A stretch of 20,000 nt of DNA from Perkinsus olseni (taxonomy: Eukaryota): assembly GCA_013115125.1 (NCBI GenBank), contig JABANN010000130.1, forward strand, positions 44,337-64,336. Reading direction: 5' to 3'. Within the stretch, counting starts at the first letter, position 1. Each line of letters starts with the position of its first letter. The translations under genes were made by a program, and so were the position numbers. Positions 9,656 to 20,000 of the stretch are shown piece after piece. The notes beneath the pieces were generated by a model. It was not told the origin of the DNA and did no database searches. It saw nothing but the letters and a program-made list of their open reading frames with translations.

Positions 9656-12600
9656 ATGATGACGATGCTTGGATCCGTTAGCGTATCCTTGCCCTCAATG
9701 ACGTTGTCCACTGCCCTAGACCTCTCATTCGGTGGAGGAGGGTTCGACCTGTTGGACAATGTATCTCTCCTTGGTGCAGGCTTGCCTTCTGTCATAGTAG
9801 AGAAAATACTTGCTAGTCTGGATACTACAAGACTGAGGAGATTGGGTGAGTATCCGAGCGTCTCTTTCATAATTAAAGCCAAATCAGTAGCTGGTGAAGG
9901 GAGGAAAGAAGGCGACCCGCATTCTCACGGGCCACGACAGAGTGTCGCCTCGGTAGTGGCATCGTTCCTTCGCTGGTTGATACGTTCAAGCCGGGCACCA
10001 TCACACCTAGCTCATCCGTTGCGGCAGAGGTCTCTCCGCTGCATCTCTGAATGACTACGACGTCAGTGCGACCTCGTAGATATTCGCGGCAACGAGATAG
10101 ACCCCCAGACTGCCAGAGAGATGGCCAGGAGGCTTGGACCTACGTTCAAAACCATGAGGGAGTGCAATGGCCTTCCAATACACGTGGGCATGCACGAAGG
10201 ACTCGTGGCGGCACACGGTGGTTGTAGGATATCATCGGCAATACAACGAGGAGGTTACGACTGAATGGATTCAGAGGGCGTCACCATTTTTTCGGCATTG
10301 AAGTGAGCTCCAGCTCAGTTGGGCTGCGAGGAAAGTATCACTATCGACCCGTGCCAGAGCACCGCTGTCGTTTGCACGAACGTAGATGATCGCATACCCG
10401 AGGGGCATTCTCTGCCTGCTCTGCTCTGCTTGCTCAAACTCTAATGAATAATAATACTAGCTGCCTCCACCGTCGCAGTTTGATTTCCTGTTCACAGGAA
10501 TAGCCATGAGTAGTACTCGTTGAAGACCACCCTGGTTGTCGGCTAATTGTGCTGATATCTGCCCGCAGTAGGCATAGGCCTTTCGCGAGCTATCCCGCTC
10601 TACGGCAGAATGGAAGGAACCTGCTAGTGCAACGCTAGTCTGTGCTCAGTCCGCTCTACTCGCACTTGATGAGTCGATTCACAGGCGGAGGCTCATTCAT
10701 CTGATGACAGGCCTTCGGTGCTCACGTCCTGGCTAGCTTACTTCCTGAGAACACATCATTGCTCGAGATTGACTTCCGCTTGAACGGCGTAAGAAAGGGT
10801 ACTGCAACGTTGATCAATCGCCTAGCGTTGCCGCGGTCCCCCGCGACTCCATCTAGCATTCGTCCTTCGCCTGTCTTCAAGTACTGTGAGACTGGTGGTT
10901 TCAGATTGGCCTTGCTGCGGCTGCTGATCTTGGCAAAGCGTCTGCGAAGAGCCGAGTCCGCTATGTAAATCAGCTAGGGTGCCGTAAACGACCTGGCCAT
11001 GGTACGCTCTTGGACTTGAAGAAGCTGCGGGAAACGGCTGAACCCAGACTGAGATTAGCGAGTACTCAGCTGAACGCTTCTTGAGATGACCGCCGAATCA
11101 TTTCGCCTCTTTATTAGAGGACCTTGTCACCGATGAGGAGGTTGCCTTTCTTCTCGGATACTTCCACGACATCCCGCTGGCTGAAATCGATGTATCTCAT
11201 AACGCCGGCATGACGTCGGCAGCATCTCCCCACATCACAGGGTAGGGACGATCGAAGCTGCTCGGCTGCTGCATGATCTCTGATACAGTTACCTCGCCGA
11301 CGGCCACATGAGGAACCTCCGGAGACTAGCGCTCGCTGGCCTTCCGTGGAATGATGACTCGGTTATTTCATTAGTAGACGCCATCGGGGAACAGGCCAAC
11401 TCGCTACTTGCTTTGGAGGAACTCGCTCTCCCGTTGTACTGTGGACTTAAGAGGTGAAGCTTAGTTCTGCTGGTCGTCCCTGGCTTCGTCCACCCGTCGC
11501 AGAGTAGCAGCCGACTAAACACAAATATATAGAACAAGCGCAATGCCCTCTTTACGGCAAGTGGCTTTGATGGCTGCGGCACTTTCCTGCCATTGGTTTT
11601 GGAAGAAAGAAATAGCTAAGGCAACTCGCAGCTGGTAGAATCCACGGGGTAAAACTGTCCAGCAGTGCAATACAACGGCAGTGGTCAGGCTGAACGAACA
11701 AACATCCCCCACTATGACATAATCTAATTGAACTGTCTCAGGTCCACTCTTGCCCACCTAGCTGGGGTCGTTGCTCGCTGTTTCCCGACTATCAAGTTTG
11801 GTGAAGCCTACTACTCCCTCAATGCTCTAAGGCTGAGGCCTACGGTAAGCCTGCTAATCCACAGCCATTCCGGCAACAACAGCGCACTTGGATCGACGAA
11901 GACCGCTCCCACAGCGTTATCGATGGCGTATAGCCCCGACCTTACCCTCGAGTACAGTACTCACCGGGTGTGTCCACAGACTGCTCGCAGTTATGCCTCT
12001 CAAGACCCGAGGAAGCAGCAACTGCGGAGTTTGCAGCGTGGGAATTGATCGCTAAGGAGATGAAGCCCAGCTGTATACGCCGACTGATAATCATGCTCGA
12101 TGAAAGGAACTCGGTGGTGAACATCGTTTGGCTGTGAGTGCCCCAGCTGCTGCTGCCTGGCAGATCGACGCCGCGCCGCCTGTCGCTCCCGGTCATCATC
12201 CACTGGTTTACTGGTCCACCATGGAAGCACTCCGTGCTCTGTGCAATTGTGGAGAGCTTGAAGCGATCAATATATCAGTCCACCCAAGTACGCGTTCCCT
12301 CTGGAAGCAAATAACAGGAGGATTTTTGCGCGCTGACGAAGGAGTGAATGTGGCGAATACACAAGGGACCCCAGTCGCTCGATGACCCTGCCTCTTTCCT
12401 TGTCTACAGCCCTTCAGACATTCCCAGCTTCCTCAGCAGGTGCTCGAGACCTGGGAGCTGTCATCTTAGAGTCTCTTGAGGCTACGAGCTCTTCACTCAG
12501 AGAACTCGGAATCTCCTGTAAGTGTAGCCAGGACTAGTTGTGCCATAGTTCGCTAGAAGATTGCTTGTCTCTCTTCGGTGCAGGACGTGGTGCTAGCTAA

Positions 12601-15600
12601 GTCGTACCTGGGTCTAGGGTGCCTTTTTTCTGCAACACGCTCAGAGAGTTCACGACGGGTGTTGATTGTCGCCAGTCTTCGTCTTATATCGGACGGCCGG
12701 AGCGTTCCCGATGGCGAAGCCTGGCGGTCTTCGCTTCATTCAGATATGAATTTCATCGATCTTCCACCCTCACGAACCGACATCCTCTCTGAGGTATTGC
12801 CGAGCCCATCCTGGAGTTTTCTGGCACGCCTAGCTACCAGGATGCCCTGTCTGGAACGCTTCAACGGAGTGAGTGCGACGACGATGCTCTTCGAATGCCT
12901 TTCAATCGTCACGAACGAGTTCAGACGCCGGACCACCGTTCAACAGGTCCCTCTACCGAAGGATGGTGGACGAGCCAGTCAAGGTACGCGTGTCGTGACC
13001 AAACTGATCTACTATGGGCTTGCCATCCCCGACATCAAGATAGAGGTAAGAGTGTGGACCTAGTGGCCCCTCTCGTCGCCAATGAAGCTGCCCGCTCGTT
13101 TCCGCTCAGCATGAGGCAGGAGCTTTCGTTATTGATGTCACCTTGGCTCCGCACTTCGATAAAATTGACATGCTGGTTGCATGGTTGAACCTTGTCGAGA
13201 GCGACCACGTGCTGGTGGTTATATGGCTCAGCGGCAGAGGTGAGCATCGTATCCTATCCCCAGGGACCTCGTGAGCCTCAGATATAGAGACGAAGCTTAG
13301 TGGTATGCTGCAAGCCATCGAAAGCACCCCCAAGCCTCGAGTGGGATGCAAGTTGGCCTTCGCCCTGGACCGACCAATTTCGACACGTGCCATGGAGGCT
13401 CTGTATCGCCATACAGCTGCCTTCGGCAGAGTTGTCGGTCTTCCCATGTGTAAGGGCCCCAGTTCTGTCTTGTGGCGATGACTGATTGCCAGTTCCCGAT
13501 GAGAGCGCTCGTGCTCTGGAACTGGTGTTGGGCGAATGCAATACGAACTTGTTGCTCGAGAGACTCTACATAACGAGATCGAGAGGATGGACTGGTGGCC
13601 CGCTGGGTTCCTTGCGGAAAGTATCGCTGGTTCTTGCTTTCTGAGATCCGGAGCGCCTCATTGCTGTTGATGCTCGTCAGATTCTATCCTGCTTATGCAC
13701 TCCCAGGCGCCCCTTCAAAGGCCTTCATCTCTGCTATGGTCCTGGGAATTATCGGACGCTTGATAAGTCGGAGCTCATCGGTGTACTCAGTAACAGAGAG
13801 GGTCTGGAAAGTATAATCAACAACGCCAACATAGCGAAGAGAGTGCGATGCAGCGGTGGGACAGTGGCAATGTTGGAACGAATGAGACCCTCTTAGATGT
13901 TTTCCTCAGCCGGAGAAGCCCCTAACATACTGGCCGGCGGGCTGAAGCTCTCCCTCGATATGCATTGCTATGGTGATTTGAAGGTGGTCAAATTGTGCAA
14001 CTGTGATATCATACAGTGAGTTATTCGAGTGCCCAAGTCTTCTCCATTCCGAGTAAACCAGTCTCTGGTACAGGCTGGCCGTGCAAGACCCTCTTCTACG
14101 GAGACCGGGAGCGTGGCAGAGCTCGATGTGAGTACCGTTTGCGATTGACTATGGGGTGATTCGATTTTCCAAGGCCGGTCGACTTGGAAATATTGACTAT
14201 CACCGAGATTCTCTCTCTTAACCTCACCGCGGTGACTCCACCGACGCCCCGATTTTGGTTCTCGTCACGACCGCCACGGCAGTTCTTCAGTTCGCCCTCA
14301 CCGTGATGCTCTTCTTCTAGTATTAACGTGAGCTAATGAGCTTTGCACCTCTAAGGAACTGGATGAGCGGGCAGCGTAGTGGCGATAGCATGCAAAAGGG
14401 GAAACTCCACCGAAATTGCCACTGCACGTTTTTCACCATCCAGAACGGCGCCCATGCGCGTCTATGACAGGTGCCCGCGCCGTTGGCTGGAGTGTGAGAA
14501 CGACGAGGAGAACTTGCGGGGCTGGATAATAAAGGTGAGCGCCACTGCCCGAAGAACTCGTTCATGACCAACGCTGTGCCTCATGCTATGAATTTCGTAT
14601 TTGTGCGTAGGTCCTCTTGATCCTATTGCGCCGACCTGGACTGGAGAGCGTGGATATCCGTGGGAACGGCCTTTCTGTGGAAGACGCTGAGCTCATTTGG
14701 GCTGAGGTGTTCTCTGGCCTAGCAAAACGCAAACTCCGATGCATCAATGAGGTTGCGCTGGACGAAGTAAGGCGAACCTCTTTTTTTTTTGATTTTTTTG
14801 CGTGACTAGAACTAGGATCTTCAGGGGGACAGCGTTCTGCGACTCGATGCACCGGAGGGGTCAGAGTACAGGGTCCGACTGTCACCGGGTGAGGCTCACC
14901 CGGTGAGCAGTAGGAGTAGACGCCGGAGAGCAGCTCATTACGTTAGGCGACATTTGGGTCTACGAGCAACTCACTTTCTTCCTGTGGGAGAATCATGCTG
15001 TTCGAAAGTTGTCAATGCGACGACTGGACTTCTACGATGGCGAAGCCTACCTTTTGGGGCTGCTGGAAGCCATTCTTTCTGGAACTGTGATAGAACTCGA
15101 GATTGTGGACTGCTTGATGGGGCCGGGGTAGGTCTACCTTGGGAAACAGCGTCATGGGATTGAATGTGGCCCCCACTCAGCCTGTCTCGATCGGTGTGGG
15201 CGATCTTGCTCGAGAAGCTCACTGACCCTGGAGCCCGTCTCGAGAGCTTCAATGGACTTACCATAGAGAAGGGGAAATTGTCATGGTTGTCCCCTTGCTC
15301 TGAGTGGAACGATTTGAGGTTGGTGCGGTATGCGTCGCAGGGCTCACGGTAACCCAGCCTTTCAGTCTGGCTCTGGCAGCCACACTGCCATGCAATCGGA
15401 GCATACCGGTCCCTCTTTCGGTAAGCGTCAGTGGAGAGAACATAACTGACTTTGGGTTGACCAAGTTTTCCGAGCTCATCAGATCTGGGTAAGGCAGGCT
15501 GCTCCCACCGTCATTGGTACAAGTTGTCGCGATCTTCACTGCCCGGGGGTTAATATATCGGGCTACGGGAAGAGCCGGATCCGTGGGCACATTCCACACA

Positions 15601-18546
15601 GTACAATTGTACAGAAAAGTTCTGAAGTTTGAACCGAAACTCTATCCCCTGTGAAAGTAATCTCAGCACGCTCGAGACGTTCTGTAGTGCAGCATAGCAG
15701 CGACTGAGACAAACCCACCTATCGAAAGTGTTGAATTTTCCCAGGGTCGCCACCGTGACTCAAGAGATCAATTTCGAAGGCTCTCGGCATGTCACCGACT
15801 GGGGAGTGAAGGCCACCGTAGACGCTCTCCTCTCATGCCATACTGGCGTGGAAGAGCTCAGGTATTCGAAGCCTGGCTGTGATTATCGCGCTGTCACGAG
15901 TCATGTTCGAGGAAGAGCGCGGTCGCCTTTGGTAAGGTCTATCTCCTTCGACAATTGCCCGGCGGTCAATCCAAGATCCGCTTTCGAGTTGATGAGAGCA
16001 GTACGATCCCTCCGCCACTTGAGAAGAATCAATGGCTTCGACTTGGTGGCTGTTAGAGAGCAGGGAGAACTTGTACGTAGGATGCTCTAATTCGATATCG
16101 TTCCTCTGAGACTCCCTCGTTCTCGTATATTGTCCCAGGTTGTGCGTAGCTCTGAGGACAAGCCACTCTCGGTAACTAGCATTCGTTTGGCCTCGGCTAT
16201 CGCGGATTGCTTTGGCATATGCAGGGCGCGCATAGACGTTAGCCTTCGTCGGATGGTCACCGGAAAACAGGTAGCGTCCTGAGGTCAGTTGTAATTCAGG
16301 AGACTAGAAAGCTCGACGAAAACCGCCTTCATTCGTGATCGGTGTCCCTCTGTACAGTACAGACTGTACTTCCATTGTCCGCCCTCCCCGAGTCATGTCA
16401 GAGTCTGGCCTGCAATAGCATGAAAGTGGCCGCTTGTCAGGTCGACTGCATATTCGCTCAGACTCTGATGCTGCTGGAAAGCCTCCCTCTTGGTGTGGCA
16501 ACGCATATTTTCGTCAAGCTAGCGAGGGCCTCCGCTCGTAAGTCAGAGTTTTCAGCATCGCTGGAATGGTCTAGTTGGTTATGACGATCGCCTCACACGC
16601 GATAGGTCCCGAGTTCGATTCTCGGTTCTAGTATTATATACAACTGGCCTAACTTCTCGTTCACCTTTCCCAGACTGTGCCCCATGTCAGTGCAACGTTG
16701 AACGTTTCTGACCTACCAACATAGGTACTGGAGCCAAAAACAACCGGCAAGGCAGAGGTGGCTCCATTTCAGCCTTCCGCGTGGACGAGGCGTCACTCGT
16801 GACCTCGCATTCCATAGACGAGTGGGTATACGCATGATATTCCATCGGGTGCCAATACTACTGCTCGTTGCCCCGATGATTCTCACTCCATGCCTGTACC
16901 CTGTGTCAGGCAGGCTTCCTCCTTGTGGGCTAGGATCAGGAAAGCTGTGGGCGTTGCCGGGGAGACGATGTGAGTGCATTGATAAGCTATGACATTATGG
17001 GTGATACGGTTGCCTACGTTATTTCAGAAGGCACAAAACACCGGTCATAATTAGTCCGGATCCAGAGGCATTAGCCTCATTGATGTGGTTGAGCCATGGT
17101 CTGTCACTCAGCGAAATATCCTTCTGGTGAGCGGTCATTTGGGGGGGGGGGAATCGCACTGTGAATACGTAGCAATGATCTGAGTTCATGGCTAACGCCT
17201 TCGACCCCTCTATACCGCCCCGATGCCGCGACGACACTACTTGCTGCTTTGTTGTGCGGTCCTGAGTAGACGGTACTCGTAATCTCATTGTCGCTGGGAG
17301 AGTGGGATGCACCGACAAATCTCGTCTCTAGCTTCTCGTTCACATTGCAAAACATCGTTCACCAGGCGACAAAGCAAGCAGATTCCCGCCGTGAGATGGA
17401 AAACTGGATTTATGTTGTGTTCCCTCTTGCAGTCCCAGTTCCCTCACCGAGCTCTCGCGAACAGAGAGATCTAGCGCCAGCGCACTTACTCATCTGAGCT
17501 TCCGAGGATCAGTACCTATTGGCTCTGATGGGATGACTTGCCTGAGCTCGTGGTTGACGCGATCTGCGACTGCCCTGGAGTTACTTGAGCTGCCGGGAGC
17601 GTGTAGTACATCGCAGCTGCTGAAACTCAACATCGGGCTGTTTCATCCCTGCTAGGATTCCACTCTGTTCCAGGTCTTGGTGATACTGGCCTGGCGTGCC
17701 TAGCGGATCTTCTTGGAAGCTTGCCGCTACTCAAGGTTCTCGATATAAGGTGGAGTGAGAGGGCCAGGTCGCATCTTCGAGCTTCACAAATTTGACTTCA
17801 TGAGTAGCGCTGATCTGGAGAGAATTTAAGTCCAGCAGACTCTGCTCCTCGAGTCTTTGAAACAGGCGAAACCTCATCTCGAGCGATGGCATCCGGAAGA
17901 TTGTCCAAGCCCTACGGACCCAAACTAGGAAGTTCGAGTTAATCGACATGGGAGAGAATAATGTCAGCCCCCATGGCTTGATGGAGGTGGCGGAGCTCAT
18001 ATCGATCGGTAACTTCAAGCTGGTGAACATCTCCCTGGCAAGGTAGGGGCCTGAGTAGAACTGTCCGCTCGACGACACTCGTAGGACTTCGTGGGAGAGC
18101 TGAAACTATTGCCGCGTCTACGCGGCGAAACACGCTCTTGGCGTGTAAAGTGGCCTTCTCAGAAATCTGATTCTTCGTGGCTCCCCGTCAACAGGGCAGG
18201 ATGTGGCGCTGGAGGCGGTGTCAGCCTTGGTCTATGGTGGGGCGGCCTCTAGCTCACTAGAGGTGAGAATAGTGTGAATGGAAGGCTGTGGCCCGTATGC
18301 TGCGGTGACGGATGTATCAGAAAAAGGTCCCAAGTCAATCTCTTGAGGGGTTCCCTGTCCCCGTTCATGCGAATGTTAAGTGGTCGAATACCATTCTCCT
18401 GCGAGGTACTCGATCTACGAGGGATATTCAACGACAGCAGAGATCTCTGGCAGACCGTTATTCGTAGCACGAATGCCAGTCAATTCTTCGATGCCAAGTA
18501 TCTCGAGGGTGGATTGCTCGTGAAACGCCGTGCACATGACCAATGA
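9656..18546 (+). CDS. Very large multi-exon leucine-rich-repeat protein (RNI-like LRRs)
   Basis: Many short open segments flanked by AG/GT sites encode LRR-like peptides: CDLVDIRGNEI (about 10070), IPLAEIDVSHNAGMT (about 11170), LRRLALAGLPWNDDSVISLVDAI (about 11320), LESVDIRGNGLSVEDA (14641), LSVSVSGENITDFGLTKFSELI (about 15415), QEINFEGSRHVTDWGVKA (15761), GLGDTGLACLADLLGSLPLLKVLDIR (about 17673), FELIDMGENNVSPHGLMEVAELI (about 17933) and CEVLDLRG...HDQ* (stop 18544-18546). The full exon chain is not resolved, and this could be more than one gene. Confidence 0.75.
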
Positions 18547-18628
18547 GTGTCCTTTTAGCGCACGAGACTGTTGAGCCACTCGAGCGGATGGAATAGCGTC
18601 ACGGTCCCGCATCACAGAGAATATCCAA

Positions 18629-18713
18629 CATCTATCCCAGCAACGAACTCAGAATCTCCACTCCAACCTGGATCTCCAGGAGGGTGGCGCCTTATCCACT
18701 AGGCCAGCAGGGC
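18629..18713 (-). pseudogene. tRNA-Arg(CCT) pseudogene with a 13-nt insertion 3' of the anticodon
   Basis: The 5' half matches the intact Arg copies. The T-loop (TTCGTTG) and acceptor 3' strand (ATAGATG) are degraded, and 15 nt follow the anticodon instead of 2. Confidence 0.85.
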
Positions 18714-18818
18714 CTCAGCCATGTAGATATCCGATCACTCCGACATGGCGACGTTCTGATCTATGCTTATCCCTATGACCACGCCCAGACAGGGTTACGA
18801 TCCTCCGCGGCCTACATA

Positions 18819-18890
18819 AGGGCGCGCCCAGATTTGAACCGAGCATCTGCTGATCTGCAGTCAGCCGTTCTACCACTGAGCTACACACCC
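18819..18890 (-). tRNA. tRNA-Cys(GCA), variant copy (D-stem mismatch, altered variable loop; possibly non-functional)
   Basis: GGGTGTG TA GCTC AGTGGTA GAAC G GCTGA CT GCA GA TCAGC AGATG CTCGG TTCAAAT CTGGG CGCGCCC T; 72-nt cloverleaf with U73 discriminator. Confidence 0.85.
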
Positions 18891-18900
18891 TGTAGGGTGC

Positions 18901-18906
18901 AAAAAA
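18901..18906 (-). terminator. T6 tract, putative RNA polymerase III terminator for tRNA-Arg (repeated at 19256-19261)
   Basis: First run of 4 or more T downstream of the Arg gene on the minus strand, about 72 nt past its 3' end and 10 nt before the Cys gene. Confidence 0.55.
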
Positions 18907-18978
18907 TATAGCCCATCTCGCGATCCGGAACCCGATAGCACTCTAGTGAATGGTTACTGTAGATACGCCAATTAGCAA

Positions 18979-19051
18979 TACCCTACCCCAGGATCGAACT
19001 CGGAATCTCCACCTTAGGAGGGTGGCGCCTTATCCATTGGGCCAGCAGGGC
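18979..19051 (-). tRNA. tRNA-Arg(CCT)
   Basis: GCCCTGC TG GCCC AATGGATAA GGC G CCACC CT CCT AA GGTGG AGATT CCGAG TTCGATC CTGGG GTAGGGT A; 73 nt with one G:G mismatch in the T-stem. Confidence 0.9.
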
Positions 19052-19173
19052 TTCAGCCATGCAAACATCTGTTCACTCGGACATGGCAACGTTCTGAGCT
19101 ACGCTCATCCCTAAAACCACGCCCACTCAGGGACTCTGATGAGTCAGGGTTACGATCCTCCGCGGCCTACATA

Positions 19174-19245
19174 AGGGCACGCCCGGATTTGAACCGAGGA
19201 CCTGCTGATCTGCAGTCAGCCGCTCTACCACTGAGCTACACACCC
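19174..19245 (-). tRNA. tRNA-Cys(GCA)
   Basis: GGGTGTG TA GCTC AGTGGTA GAGC G GCTGA CT GCA GA TCAGC AGGTC CTCGG TTCAAAT CCGGG CGTGCCC T; 72 nt with intact A and B boxes, U73 and three G:U pairs in the acceptor stem. Confidence 0.95.
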
Positions 19246-19333
19246 TGTAAGTTGCAAAAAATATAGCCCATCTCGCGATCCGGAACCCGATAGCACTCTA
19301 GTGAATGGTTACTGTAGATACGCCAATTAGCAA

Positions 19334-19406
19334 TACCCTACCCGAAGATCGAACTCGGAGTCTCCACCTTAGGAGGGTGGCGCCTTATCCATTGGGCCAG
19401 CAGGGC
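19334..19406 (-). tRNA. tRNA-Arg(CCT)
   Basis: Same cloverleaf as 18979-19051 with T-arm CCGAG TTCGATC TTCGG (G53:U61 in place of the usual G53-C61); 73 nt. Confidence 0.9.
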
Positions 19407-19457
19407 TTCAGCCATGCAAATATCTGTTCACTCGGACATGGCAACGTTCTGAGCTAC

Positions 19458-19927
19458 TTGAAGGTCAATTTATTGGGCAAGTTCAACAAGTGAACGAGTG
19501 ATCATGTGTGTTCGGTTGGTTTATGTCATCGCGTGGTGTTCTTCATTACATGGGGACTTTACCTGAACCCACCCGCCCACACCGTTAGTTATGTTGGCTG
19601 GGAGGCATGAGCAGAAAGGCGAGGTACGATGTATCTTAATTGTGGTACGTGTCAGAAAACTGACACAAATCAGAAATGGTCAAGAAATACCAAGCCTCGC
19701 CCAACTCATGCGGAGCGAAACATCCAGCCTACGGGTTTGCAGTTGCGTGTTTGTTGACGGGGCACCTAGGCGTGTTCAGCCTAGAGTGCCCAAGGATGTT
19801 TGCTCCCACTACCCATTACTCCCAGGTAACAAAACACCATGTAGCGGAACTCTCGCTAGAAAACCTATTCTGCCCTACACCGAAGGGTGTAGGCAGTTGT
19901 GGGATTGCAACGAGTGAACAAGGTTGA
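19458..19927. other. 470-bp insertion interrupting the spacer of the third tRNA array unit
   Basis: The empty site in unit 2 is TTCTGAGCTAC|GCTCATCCC. In unit 3 the same halves end at 19457 and resume at 19928. Confidence 0.9.
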
Positions 19928-20000
19928 GCTCATCCCTAAAACCACGCCCACTCAGGGACTCTGATGAGTCAGGGTTACGATCCTCCGCGGCCTACATAAG

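Larger units (their letters stand above)
18629..20000 (-). repeat. Tandem array of a 355-bp unit carrying tRNA-Arg(CCT) and tRNA-Cys(GCA); continues past the window end
   Basis: Cys copies are 355 bp apart (18819 and 19174), as are Arg copies (18979 and 19334). Spacers are repeated too. The window ends in CCTACATAAG, exactly where the next Cys 3' end begins. Confidence 0.95.

Noticed and set aside
10052..10054. In-frame TGA codons next to LRR exons suggesting stop-codon recoding
   Set aside because: They are explained by short introns (for example the CGTCAG acceptor at 10066), and TGA serves as the normal stop for PACRG and both LicD genes.
17141..17151. G11 homopolymer (and the T-run at 14781-14798)
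   Set aside because: These are simple, probably intronic runs with no further structure.
18908..18962. 5S rRNA-like or spliced-leader-like sequence in the spacer (GCCCATCTCGCGATCCGGAA)
   Set aside because: There is only a short gapped resemblance to 5S, far less than 120 nt, and no match to the perkinsid/dinoflagellate leader CCGTAGCCATYTTGGCTCAAG.
19130..19165. Hammerhead ribozyme core (CTGATGA) in the array spacer
   Set aside because: The required GAAA after stem II is absent (GATC instead), and I could not build stems I and III.
18684..19493. ORFs 18684-18911 and 19305-19493 sharing APYPLGQQG
   Set aside because: They are antisense translations of the repeated tRNA-Arg and spacer sequence.

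Overview
This is eukaryotic, gene-dense DNA with many short (about 42-80 bp) GT-AG introns and a flagellar gene. The style suggests a flagellated alveolate such as Perkinsus; that taxon is inferred, not proven. In order, the window holds: (1) the 5' part of a group II PLP-dependent decarboxylase with a CSAD-type F-x19-S-x-Y motif (minus strand, runs off the left edge); (2) PACRG (minus); (3) a small hypothetical membrane protein (plus); (4) a possible heavily decayed retrotransposon integrase relic; (5) a 3 x 44 bp tandem repeat; (6) two tandem LicD/fukutin-family genes with uninterrupted ORFs and C-terminal membrane anchors; (7) a roughly 9 kb multi-exon LRR gene built from repeated LRR+cap modules; (8) the decaying edge of a 355-bp-period tandem array of tRNA-Arg(CCT) and tRNA-Cys(GCA) genes, with a 470 bp insertion in one unit. 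I found no clearly novel system. The best leads are the CSAD-type enzyme, the C-anchored LicD pair, the modular LRR protein and the tRNA array.
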